Below the pieces are notes generated by a model that saw only the letters and a program-made list of their open reading frames with translations, was not told the origin of the DNA and made no database searches. Of a stretch of 64,000 nucleotides of DNA, positions 45,301 through 52,476 are shown piece after piece. This DNA comes from a virus. The DNA is taken from the IMG/VR virus record IMGVR_UViG_3300032288_001804, positions 1 to 64,000 of that record; one strand, written 5' to 3'. Made by a program: the position numbers and the translations under genes. How positions within the stretch are numbered: position 1 is the first letter of the stretch; each line of letters begins with the position of its first letter.

Positions 45301-46283
45301 CCAGAAATAGGAACTGTAACCCAGTTCTCTGGTTTGTTAAAATTCTCTTTAGTGTATGCAAATAAGTTTGTCATAAACTTAATCTCGGCGTCAAGAATTT
45401 CTTGAGCCTTTTCTACAGATATACCTTTACGTTTAGCAATATCTTCTGGAGCAAGTACACGTTTTCCTATATTCTCTGCAGCAGCTCTACCAGATCTAGC
45501 TTCAAAGTAAATAGGTTTACCATTGTTTTTATTTGTAACGTTATAATCTTTGTCAAAGAATAATAGATTACCACTTGCATCAGTAACAGCTAATAAAAGA
45601 TTGTCAGCTCTTGAGTAAGCTGTAGTATCATATATATCATCCTTCTTTACTTGAGTCTGTAATGCACCTCTTGGTATTGCAGTTAAGTGATAACCAAAAT
45701 TATTACCCTTAGCATTGTTAGTTATATGTAGGATAAAATCGTAGTAAAATGCTTTTGCTGGGTCTGGTACCCGGTCTTCAAGTTTAGTACCTGCGTTAAC
45801 TAAGTTTTGCAAACCTGTTGTAGAAAAAAGGCTATCAACAATATAGTTAAATGATGTAGCAAGTTCTAGTTTATTACCTGCTGGTAATTCGCCACTTGTA
45901 GATTGCTCAATTGAAGATTTAACTTCAGCTTCAGCAATATCTTCAGCGGCTTGTCCGGTTCCTAAATACTGTTGAACTTTAGCATAGTCTTCAAACTCTA
46001 TCATTTTCTCAGTAACAAAGTTTACGTTAAACCCTGTTTTAAGTAAATGCATAGTCACGTTGTTGTTAATGAAAGCAGCCTGGCTAACAATACTTGGTAT
46101 TATTTGAGTATACGCTTCAGTAACTAATTGGTCTTCTGTATTTTTAGAAATAAGATCTACAAGATCTCTCATGTAGGTCTCTGGGTTTATCGGAGTATTA
46201 TTTGAAAATGCTTCATAAAAATCACGATATACCATTTGGTAAAGCGAGTCTCTTTCCTTTTGACTTATACTACAGATTGCCAT
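36303..46283 (-). CDS. virion-packaged single-chain double-barrel RNA polymerase (crAss-like) with an N-terminal zincin domain
   Basis: 3326 aa; RIPVQG and GGDFDIDK catalytic loop (39351-39374); DAQGWIT; HEAWH. Confidence 0.9.
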   Translation of the reverse strand: MAICSISQKERDSLYQMVYRDFYEAFSNNTPINPETYMRDLVDLISKNTEDQLVTEAYTQIIPSIVSQAAFINNNVTMHLLKTGFNVNFVTEKMIEFEDYAKVQQYLGTGQAAEDIAEAEVKSSIEQSTSGELPAGNKLELATSFNYIVDSLFSTTGLQNLVNAGTKLEDRVPDPAKAFYYDFILHITNNAKGNNFGYHLTAIPRGALQTQVKKDDIYDTTAYSRADNLLLAVTDASGNLLFFDKDYNVTNKNNGKPIYFEARSGRAAAENIGKRVLAPEDIAKRKGISVEKAQEILDAEIKFMTNLFAYTKENFNKPENWVTVPISGTSLGAMYVDYNLLTPISKVNFINQVFKPVIVPEKNYQASGQTKTNQVFYINGVNGAIPIISRGMSSDIARKLARLIARPVVEVNELGDKRELSVDEKNKYLSEFIYLPESGIEYNYIKGLGPTLKLSGKSIDLENEAAVEDAIYKHLFEKFYVSGTEVTEKEIKAGFLNGKTVINNQKDKAYVDKLDENTIIEDPIARKRTKGTGYYKVYKRRLHIKSNVLGNISGLFDNFTINDKDGEWLKTKNEVNYVDYIKDNFYINIPLNKDNQIVGLNGHIKFDPSSETFEKILNYEKKKAAAPTKTNKGKKSATTKPTTKKKAAKTTEETPVEKVEEAPKKSAWEVINEIVKNDSLEDDEFQGLSRNKKQARDFVRQYGLRFDIAQLSPDELKAKLEEAKKWFDNSIFKNYFPLENLMNEVNTYDPTSVAKWYQNAIILFEGANYSDLYHEAWHGFTRMFMTDAQRQELYEKTRKRSGNFRTYKGVYRDFAKASDLELEEFLAEEFRAYMLSGGKMQIKDVTQRSIFRKILDFFLELFGAQSYNDMVLNQEALTYANDIYNKLQFGRLTEYSYSEQNLPAEIRQQVMNKGAESIDENYSTPLLTMRNSMELVDTLDSLVSDFVNLRIGVTEDGSGDKAYYTTALLSIPKGRDAALTYAKTKIEEAIEALDVQIANATTDSEKQRLLNQQDALVWATDNWDTESDKGIIAYYNKKSRFSDFVTAAEKAVLLFEDTGEFKSRDGHDRRGNEASLLDLANESVIYLIKSLHALESNGDKALNNLGFNTLMDFGIAWNRITRILQGANSPQEMYTRLQDSKEDYPFIQELLIKLGNPDTQMTANAQNLWTQFNDAFNKTRVPLVALVVDRTTNVLERDEEGNIIRTEYEYSAKVGGASTADAKIGRDWNDRFKTVTTKYIKPDINGNNFLDIDAIYNDYVSQYSNLNRIKFLQDVGIYFDNKSKIVAALNKMIPNPAKVIFDRIEAIKLHNDKAIAENKPKNIVIVRKIDDLINPTKKIRDNGEVLKGLRGFYNSLQKIQATYTDDYSDFMVLNAAGDAQYEFMENNTITQMIRELQEAPDFNTLTAKPEMNHLSGLRNPFVSNNPDPKRKRLITIHELFDMSKPNGPKRSIKEEVGSNEKITIDINNLAGVSFTVNGEANNGIAASDSDEFTKRLTDFHVSVIHGLPMGTTPADKSTILVYHLSNRKYYVNPREFALGTNGEAAAFNILLGYLEAELDRINRVKALPANAVERMIPVGKSTYGVEGQKFVIFSDMIRPELQEELMNIPAEYGGRLRDYLDLPESSDLKKRIADDVIKVYFANKINEFTEKLVEAEYIDNTMHDKIQEIYAGDDAKAKRLSRNETRNIAIKTHVYNSFIHNVETVLLYHGDPALYNMAKEEFQKRNAGINSGGIIPRTDPAMLRYLNNVVFAPDKASYRSSSWYTGQSVDKSYGEQFRSAVLEDVETKSLYYAAIEDDIRTSIKNSPGYKSGKLTDEEVNKIVSERAKPYREMKEGDAQGWITFDGYKALSIMMGAWSDTQELLYRDVLAKKNIDQTRIKEFFPVLKMQYWGPLATNGLPLTAFHKFSLVPLIPSTIEGSDLEKLHNKMVEQKVDYALFGSGSKIATITPNGKPDKFYKNSEDATNRELAFTEDGYMFTPNDIFLKYFKKQLEIAPKYKNKTTFPTQLRKLIESGLMENGVPTDFQPDMPKEVRIANWNKIGDDRTKRRESKNYSLIKRFQGNLENLMAQKKQELLDEIGWTYENGKPTGPLDKLFAYIESQLTKRELAEHHLDFVKLNKEGKLKSSLDVSLAAAEIEKVLVSIINKKLIKQKVTGEALVQVSGAGYTNRDFFNANKDSKERLEVLGTNDLPFYRKKDGKTMAMKIKIGIQGEYKKLLDLPKVTEMIEDAARKGQSLTRLQALNQLLKDESWLNEDDNRKLVSLAGVRIPVQGLNSMEFMEVYEFLPEGSNQIVLPAEIVAKSGGDFDIDKLTTLMYKLTKNEDGSVSIAEDFQNDVITDIMDILSLESNYVDLITPNATDIVLPIAQELASKVRPYDSLQNVFTERGDKIKGTRIFEIEYNIYKHGSNSIGKRTLGQGAVDNTYSVIFNTVGAYLQPSYKIDEDSKGNKVMKEQTIYLPHNTLLTPDGPAISLSNLYDADGINKVSDVISQLINGWVDIAKDPWIFDIQGNNFVAPALLLMVQAGVPIRQAAYFVSQPIIRQYITEVKKARSAYAGPLGIELSNPNFFRSEARRKVLMNFPEMLAYTDTNDDGDVVLYSKGIKNAATAIAGSLKDQIFNQQYFEDHLQDELDFESTDQLALLLHFLDIEDMSKVITAVKRTTNLDTQVAASLFETNLRQYQADQLREDERLGDDVINKILDDSSISSFGISEFMADIYKNLFTIRDSKLVNDYLLKKLGSKGFKDTVSDTFGDQESFISNFRNDLVMFMFQNYMRNLDLDSIKYYKSLQVASKAVKLKPTTKSPVSVFVKNVKLKDKTTIPMMYFDKQKLVEEFENLQSNSGKENINITNPELPFAFGAIRSTMFQNIREYGRYVMEREYLRNAIPVSEIIKRDDYIQYKKDFTAAKYEDFTEAELEKEATTFAYEHTLRDMALDNTFNQYYILKSPTKSYAKRLLDIKEKYPDLVQKYKVLDFLTADEAKTKERVIKFKSSKLDADRINRFHEDLVELMDPYNLIETANMTSSEAQEISKFFSNLPIYTMFTTGFNSKGEYGIGQIMPDTRLTPILESMLNYMEANKLMTWNLVNSYFNKFSTVNSYKNTASRYKVRNYTLDQPLWKASKNPAADLTGSFGTVQTFRDNYQSPSFIVEKAPEGVDIKLAINQLLKDRKNYLFVYNGAANPTAKALETNDSVFALSQEHTNSFGLTSKLGYQDVVSQQMNDDNYDLNVKAIENSIQALKTAAKDYDNKIFWNAAGYGQYMIGADVNGENVNQKRAKAPKTFVYLSKRLYEEFGYKNKNYEVVAPKKFIRVTREDILNKIQELNKC

Positions 46284-49200
46284 TATTCACAACGATTTTT
46301 AAGATTTTTTAAAAAGTTATTTTGCGCTTGAGCTGTACTCATCTTCTCAGCCTCGCTAGCAAGTTTTGCCTGAGCATCCTTATCATTAGCTAAAGTTTCC
46401 GCATTAGACTTTGATTCATTCATAACTTCTTCAGTTTCAGGTTTTGGTGCAGGAGCTTTCTTCTTTTTACCAGGTGAGACAACCATCTTATCTATATCAT
46501 CCACAAGCGACTCATCTAGAACTTCACCTATAGCATCCTCGTCATTCAAAGGTACAACAGTAACTTGTTTTTTACTAACTTTTTTAACCTTAACTATACG
46601 ACCATCATTAAGTTTAATGATCATACCTACTTCAGGTTTTGCTTTAGTTACTTCTTCCGTTTCAACAACTTCAGGCTCTCTAATAACATCTTCAACAGTA
46701 ATACCATATAACTTAAGCTCGTCAACTATTTTCTTAATTCTTTGGTTTAAATCATTGATTTTAACTAAGTTACCTGAAGCTATAGCCGCAACTTGTTCAC
46801 CTCTTAGCTTAGATAATTTATCAGTAAGGGCATCAATTCTTTTTTGCTGCTTAGCTTTTTCTGCTTCAACCAATGCATCCTCTTCTTCTTGAGTTCTAGT
46901 AACTTCTGAACCTGCGGGTCTTCCATAACCAGTTACTTCAAAGATGTCACGAGATGTATTTAGCTTTAATAGTATGCTAGGCTTTTCTTCAGTACCTGTA
47001 TTTAAACTATTAAGTGATCTAACTACACCATTAGAATTAGTAGAAAGCTGTATAGGTAGGATGTAAATGTCTGTAATATCTTCCCCGGTAGCTTGGCGAA
47101 TTAATTCACGGTATGCTAACTGCTGGATAGTGTGCCCACGCTCATATTGGAATTCATCTGCAGGGTCATTATAACTATCAACAAGATTTCTTGTAGAAGT
47201 CTTTAAGTCAATAATACCTAAGTTACCTTCTTTATCATATACAAGAAAGTCAATTTCCCCAGCACGTGGTCCTGCAATATCACCAAATAAAGTTGGAATA
47301 CTACCTATTATCTTAAGACCCTTACCGTTTAGATATTGTTTAACTTCAACCATTGTGTTGTACAATGCACTTGGAAAAGTCGCACTATACTGCATCATTT
47401 TCTCACCACTCTCGGAGTCAACCTTACCAGATAACTCTTCTAGTTTTTGTTTTACTTGCTCTGGTGTAGTTAATTTACCGTCAAAGAAATCACGGAAAAT
47501 GGGGTCAAGTACATTACCACGGTTAGCTGCAGTTGTATTAGTAAACTTCTTGGCTAAGATATCCCTAACGATATCACTAACACGAGCTACTTTATTACCA
47601 TCCTTTTCATATCCACCTTCTACTTTAGTAACTCCACTTGCTTTAAAGCTATCGCTAAGTTTCTTAATTAAAGCTTGTACTTTTTTATCAGCCTCAGCAA
47701 ATTCAGCATCTGCTTGGAACTGAGCTAGTGCTTGCTCTTTTGTTGTACCTGTAGAGTGTAAAGCAGTAACTTGATCTTCAGTTAATCCATTTATATCTTC
47801 TGGCAACCAACCCCTTGCAAATAAATCATCTCTAATCTGCTGAAAATCAAGTGGTTTAGGTTCTTCTGGTTTTTCTTCAACAGGAGCTTCAGTTTTACTT
47901 TTTTTCCAATTTTCAATAATTGTAACTGCCTTTGGGTTAGTTTGAACAAAGTTTCTAAAGCCCATGTTGCTTTCTTTTATCTTGGCAACGGCTGATACTT
48001 TTTTATAAGCATCATAAAGTAAATCGGAAAGATCCTTAGGTAGATTATCAACAGGAGTGTTAATGTCTATCTTATCTATATCCTCTTCTGTAACTATTTC
48101 ATCACTAGGTATAACCTCAGGAATTTCTTCAGTAACTTTTTCACGTTCGCTGCGAGGCTCAATACCAAGTAAAGGACTAATGAGTTTATCATATCTATCA
48201 TAGATCTCATTGTACATCTGTAACTCTAATGGAGACAACTTACTTTCATCTACATTACCTTCCGTATCTCTATAATTATCTATATTAGGTATTGCTTTAC
48301 GTAAGTCTTCTCGCTCTTGAGCTCTTAGCTTAGCTACTTTTTCTTCATTAGTTTCTTCAGGTATAACCGCTTCTTCTTCTTCAATAGCAACTTCCTCTAA
48401 CACCTCATCCTTTGGTTCTTCAACAGATTCCATAGCAGGAGACTTTCTACGCTCACCCGGCTTTTGTAAGTAGTCCGTTTGATCAATAGTTAATCCTACT
48501 AATGCTACAGCTTGCTTTAATACATTGTCATCAGAACTTTTTATCTTAAACGCGTTCTTAATAAACTTTTTAATAGAGTTTATTACTTGAGTAAATGTAC
48601 TTTCTTTTGGAGTTCTGGTAGATTTAACTTGAATAAGTAACGCTTGAAACTGTGGGTTAGTCATTACTTCATTAATAAAACTAACAGGTGATGACATACC
48701 TAATGGTATTTTACCACCAAAATCATCAAGTAAAGATGGATCAGTTTGAGCTGCTGCTTTTATAGCATCCATCATTTCTTCTACCTCAGCTGCAAATTCT
48801 TCATCTTGTAAAAAATCTGTAGTCAAAGACATCATCATACCTTTTAATACAAGGTACTCTGCTCTATAGTCATTGTCTTTATAATTAGAAGACGCATATC
48901 TAAAATCAATAATGAGCCCGTTTTTAGGATCATGTGAAATAGGTACGCTATGCTTAGGTCTAATGGTAACTTTCATGTCACCTTTGTTTAGACTTAAAAT
49001 CTTTTGAGCTAATTTCTTTTCTGCTGAAGTTGCAAACTTACTATTAATAATAAAATTGCAAAGGTCATCCATAGATACTACGGCTTCTCCATAAGCATCA
49101 ATACCTAACTCATTAGCATAATCTTGTACGGTGCGATTGTCTTGACCATTCTTTTTCTTATGTGCAAAACTAAAATACTCTTCTAGTAAACCAAGTTCTG

Positions 49201-52200
49201 CAGCAGCTTGGCGGATAGGTCTTTCTTTAACAACTTTATCATATACCTTTTCATAGTTATCAAACATTTCTTCAATAGCCGGTATACGAAGATCATTTCC
49301 TTTTATAGGTTGTAATGTCTTGGCATCAATTAATGTTGGATATCTATCATTTTTTTCAAATGCCTCAATATCATCTACACTTACAAATACACCTTGTTGC
49401 TCAAATAAAGCTTTTAAGAATGCATTTTGAATCATACCCTTCATGAACTTCTTTTTCTGTTCCCTAAGGATATCATTACGCTTTTCATATACACGTTTTA
49501 AAGAATAACCAATGTTATTTTTAAATTCATTAAAGCCGTTAGGATCGGTTAACATATTAACCCATCTAGCCATATTTCTATTATCAGTACCTAATGAATG
49601 CCAATCATTATACATGGTAAACATATCGTTAAGCTCTTCTGCTAAGAATGGTCTAACGTTGTTAGTAGTGGTCATATCATTAAAGTACTTATCAAAAGCA
49701 CTCTTTAAAACAGTTCTATACTCGTCTAATGCATCTTGAGATGTTAAATCATCTAATGTAAACTCTGTTTCATCTTCTGCATTTTTCTTTTCAAGATTCT
49801 CAACAAAAGATTTTCTAGCAGCTTCTAATTCTTTTTTCTCTTCTACAGTAAGTGTGCTTTTTCCAGCAAGACTTAAAAGAGTAGAATAAATAGAAGATGC
49901 ATTAGCAAGGTTTTCAAGATTATCTGCTTCACGTGTTAAACGTTTTGCAGTTTTAAGATCTCCGTTTTCTTCGTTTATCTTAGCCTGAGTTCTTAGCGAT
50001 TTAACATCATCTTGCATTTGAGATACAGAGAATATTTTAGATGCACGCATTCCAGGCATTCTAGAGAAACTAGGAATTGCGTTAAACTTCTCTTGTATAC
50101 CTTGTAATCTATCTAGTGTTTCTTCAAAAGTCTTACTTGAATATACCGCAAAGAAAGTAGCTTCCTCATGAGCATTATAATTGTTTACTTCTGCAGCATA
50201 AGCCTCAGGATTAGTAAACTTATTAATGCTGTTTGGATTGTACTTATTAGGCATTACCTCACGGAATTTTTCAAAGCGCTCTCCCAAGTCTTCTACATTT
50301 CTAATAGATTTTTCTAATCTAGAAAAGTATTTTGCTTGATCCGCTTCTACATAATCTTCACCTAAAGCATTAGCCAACTCTTCAGCATTAAGATTTCTCA
50401 TGTCTTTTAGGTTATCTATAAGAACATCTAATCTTCCGGCCTGAGAAAGTGTATGCACATAACTTATCGTTGCATCATTTCTAATATCACGTTGATCTTT
50501 TTCATCACTTAAAGCTTCAGCTACATGCCCAACTCTTGCATAGTTAATTTGTTCTCCACCAGCTTTATCAAATAGTTTGTAAAACTCTGCGGGATCATCA
50601 GCAGCTTTTTGTGCGGCAGTTAAAACTCTATTAGCTTGATCATTTAATTCTTGCGCATACTGCTCATAGTTTTCTTTACCATGCCAAGTCTTTTTACCAA
50701 GCTCAATTACTGGATTTGCAACTGATTTTACTAATGAAGTACCAGTGTATATTGCACCACCGCTTAATAAACCTTGTGCAAAAACTTCTAAACCTTCTTT
50801 ACTATATTGACTATTAGCTCCTACAAGTATAGACTCACCCATTATTCCCTTATGGAACTTAATAGGATCTTGAAACTTAGTAGTATAGTAGTGGTCAACA
50901 CCTTTAATTGCACCTTCTTGGAATAATTCCTGAACACCTTCTGGTACGTTTTTACCTAAGTAGTCAAGTAATCTTCCAGGAGTCTGCATCATAGCATGTT
51001 TTAAATATGCTTTCTTACCCCACTTTTTAATATTGTTTTCAATAAGCTCATAACTAGCTTTACCAGCTGCACCAGCTATAGTAGACTTTACTAAATGCTT
51101 ATTATAGTTTTTTACAAATTGATCTGCTAAACTTCTTTTTACTGTACCATGTCCAATGATTTTTTCAAAACCAAAGGCGTTGGTCATATATATAATAGGG
51201 AGATTTATAAGTGTAACAGCTTTACCATTTTGCTCAGCAATAGTTAAAATCTTTGACGCATCTTCACCAGTTGGTCCAGTAGAAAGCTTTTGCTTAGCAT
51301 CAGTTAACTCATTATATAATTGCTCATAGCGATTTTTATCAGTTACCTCGTTATTTTGATTAACAAGAGATTGCATTTCTTTAGTAATGCTAGCAATTTT
51401 CTTTTGTTGAACTGCACCATATTCTTGTCTACCAGATTCTATTTTTTCTAGTATAGCACCACCACCTTCAGTTTGAGCCTCATTAATACCAAATCTTATA
51501 CGTTGCAAATCTGCATAGCCACCACCAATAGATGCACTTAGTGCTAATATTCCATTTAAATCATTTGCTTCATCAAGACCTTTTAACGTATTCTTAAAAG
51601 GATTAACTTCTTTTGCAAAACCAATACCGGCACCTTTTATACCACCTAAGCCTTGTCTACCCTCCCAAAGCATTCTAACTTTGTTTATATTATCAGCTTT
51701 AGCAAATGCACTTAATGCGGTTTTTACATTTTTTCCTTTTTGAAGAAGAGATGGGATACGAAGTAAATTTCTAGCAGCTGCTGCGTCTAATGGTTTAGTA
51801 GCTGCACTAAGGCCCAATCTTGAACCAACAGTTTTAGCACCAAATAAAGCAAGCTCTTCAGTTAAAACACCTGCAGCTATACCTAACGTAGGAGCTAAGT
51901 TTGCAAAAAAGTTTACAGAGCTACCAGCAAATCCTGGCTTACTTGACATCATAATAGACATACCATCTTGGTATGCTTTAGCACCTTCTATATCAGGAGT
52001 AGCATCAAATAAATCACTAGGCTTTGTATATGGTTTTAAGTAATCTTTAGTAAAACCCCACATAGTACTAGGAAGGTATTTAGCCATCCTAATGAAATCA
52101 CTACCTACTGTACCATTCTCATTATAGTATTGCTCACTATCAAAGTTTGCAGGATTAAGACCAAGTATATCTACATCTGGATGTGCGTAATATCTTTTTA

Positions 52201-52474
52201 AATTAAATCCTTCACTACCCGCACCAAATTGACTTGGCTGTGAAAAACGCAAAGGATCAACCTTAGTATTAGCAATTTCAGAAATCTTACTATTCCAATC
52301 TTTAATTGAAGGGATTCCCGTATTTGTAACTTTTATAGGTGTTGTAGTTTTTGACTTATAATCTGGAGCAGGATTAGCAGAAGCTGCCGCAGGAGCTGCT
52401 AGCGGCTTTGTTTTCATGTTATCCCAAAATTCAAAAACAGAAGGTGTGCCTTGCGGAGTTTGTTCGTTTGCCAT
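46283..52474 (-). CDS. giant virion ejection/cargo protein with Gly/Ala-rich hydrophobic segments and a PD-(D/E)XK nuclease domain
   Basis: 2063 aa; AGEIDFLVYD...IIDLKTS...QQLAY; precedes the RNAP. Confidence 0.75.
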   Translation of the reverse strand: MANEQTPQGTPSVFEFWDNMKTKPLAAPAAASANPAPDYKSKTTTPIKVTNTGIPSIKDWNSKISEIANTKVDPLRFSQPSQFGAGSEGFNLKRYYAHPDVDILGLNPANFDSEQYYNENGTVGSDFIRMAKYLPSTMWGFTKDYLKPYTKPSDLFDATPDIEGAKAYQDGMSIMMSSKPGFAGSSVNFFANLAPTLGIAAGVLTEELALFGAKTVGSRLGLSAATKPLDAAAARNLLRIPSLLQKGKNVKTALSAFAKADNINKVRMLWEGRQGLGGIKGAGIGFAKEVNPFKNTLKGLDEANDLNGILALSASIGGGYADLQRIRFGINEAQTEGGGAILEKIESGRQEYGAVQQKKIASITKEMQSLVNQNNEVTDKNRYEQLYNELTDAKQKLSTGPTGEDASKILTIAEQNGKAVTLINLPIIYMTNAFGFEKIIGHGTVKRSLADQFVKNYNKHLVKSTIAGAAGKASYELIENNIKKWGKKAYLKHAMMQTPGRLLDYLGKNVPEGVQELFQEGAIKGVDHYYTTKFQDPIKFHKGIMGESILVGANSQYSKEGLEVFAQGLLSGGAIYTGTSLVKSVANPVIELGKKTWHGKENYEQYAQELNDQANRVLTAAQKAADDPAEFYKLFDKAGGEQINYARVGHVAEALSDEKDQRDIRNDATISYVHTLSQAGRLDVLIDNLKDMRNLNAEELANALGEDYVEADQAKYFSRLEKSIRNVEDLGERFEKFREVMPNKYNPNSINKFTNPEAYAAEVNNYNAHEEATFFAVYSSKTFEETLDRLQGIQEKFNAIPSFSRMPGMRASKIFSVSQMQDDVKSLRTQAKINEENGDLKTAKRLTREADNLENLANASSIYSTLLSLAGKSTLTVEEKKELEAARKSFVENLEKKNAEDETEFTLDDLTSQDALDEYRTVLKSAFDKYFNDMTTTNNVRPFLAEELNDMFTMYNDWHSLGTDNRNMARWVNMLTDPNGFNEFKNNIGYSLKRVYEKRNDILREQKKKFMKGMIQNAFLKALFEQQGVFVSVDDIEAFEKNDRYPTLIDAKTLQPIKGNDLRIPAIEEMFDNYEKVYDKVVKERPIRQAAAELGLLEEYFSFAHKKKNGQDNRTVQDYANELGIDAYGEAVVSMDDLCNFIINSKFATSAEKKLAQKILSLNKGDMKVTIRPKHSVPISHDPKNGLIIDFRYASSNYKDNDYRAEYLVLKGMMMSLTTDFLQDEEFAAEVEEMMDAIKAAAQTDPSLLDDFGGKIPLGMSSPVSFINEVMTNPQFQALLIQVKSTRTPKESTFTQVINSIKKFIKNAFKIKSSDDNVLKQAVALVGLTIDQTDYLQKPGERRKSPAMESVEEPKDEVLEEVAIEEEEAVIPEETNEEKVAKLRAQEREDLRKAIPNIDNYRDTEGNVDESKLSPLELQMYNEIYDRYDKLISPLLGIEPRSEREKVTEEIPEVIPSDEIVTEEDIDKIDINTPVDNLPKDLSDLLYDAYKKVSAVAKIKESNMGFRNFVQTNPKAVTIIENWKKSKTEAPVEEKPEEPKPLDFQQIRDDLFARGWLPEDINGLTEDQVTALHSTGTTKEQALAQFQADAEFAEADKKVQALIKKLSDSFKASGVTKVEGGYEKDGNKVARVSDIVRDILAKKFTNTTAANRGNVLDPIFRDFFDGKLTTPEQVKQKLEELSGKVDSESGEKMMQYSATFPSALYNTMVEVKQYLNGKGLKIIGSIPTLFGDIAGPRAGEIDFLVYDKEGNLGIIDLKTSTRNLVDSYNDPADEFQYERGHTIQQLAYRELIRQATGEDITDIYILPIQLSTNSNGVVRSLNSLNTGTEEKPSILLKLNTSRDIFEVTGYGRPAGSEVTRTQEEEDALVEAEKAKQQKRIDALTDKLSKLRGEQVAAIASGNLVKINDLNQRIKKIVDELKLYGITVEDVIREPEVVETEEVTKAKPEVGMIIKLNDGRIVKVKKVSKKQVTVVPLNDEDAIGEVLDESLVDDIDKMVVSPGKKKKAPAPKPETEEVMNESKSNAETLANDKDAQAKLASEAEKMSTAQAQNNFLKNLKNRCE

Positions 52475-52476
52475 AA

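Noticed and set aside
21729-46283. Inteins or introns in PolB or the RNAP
   Set aside because: Both ORFs are continuous with no intein C1/HN motifs; the RNAP has no internal Cys
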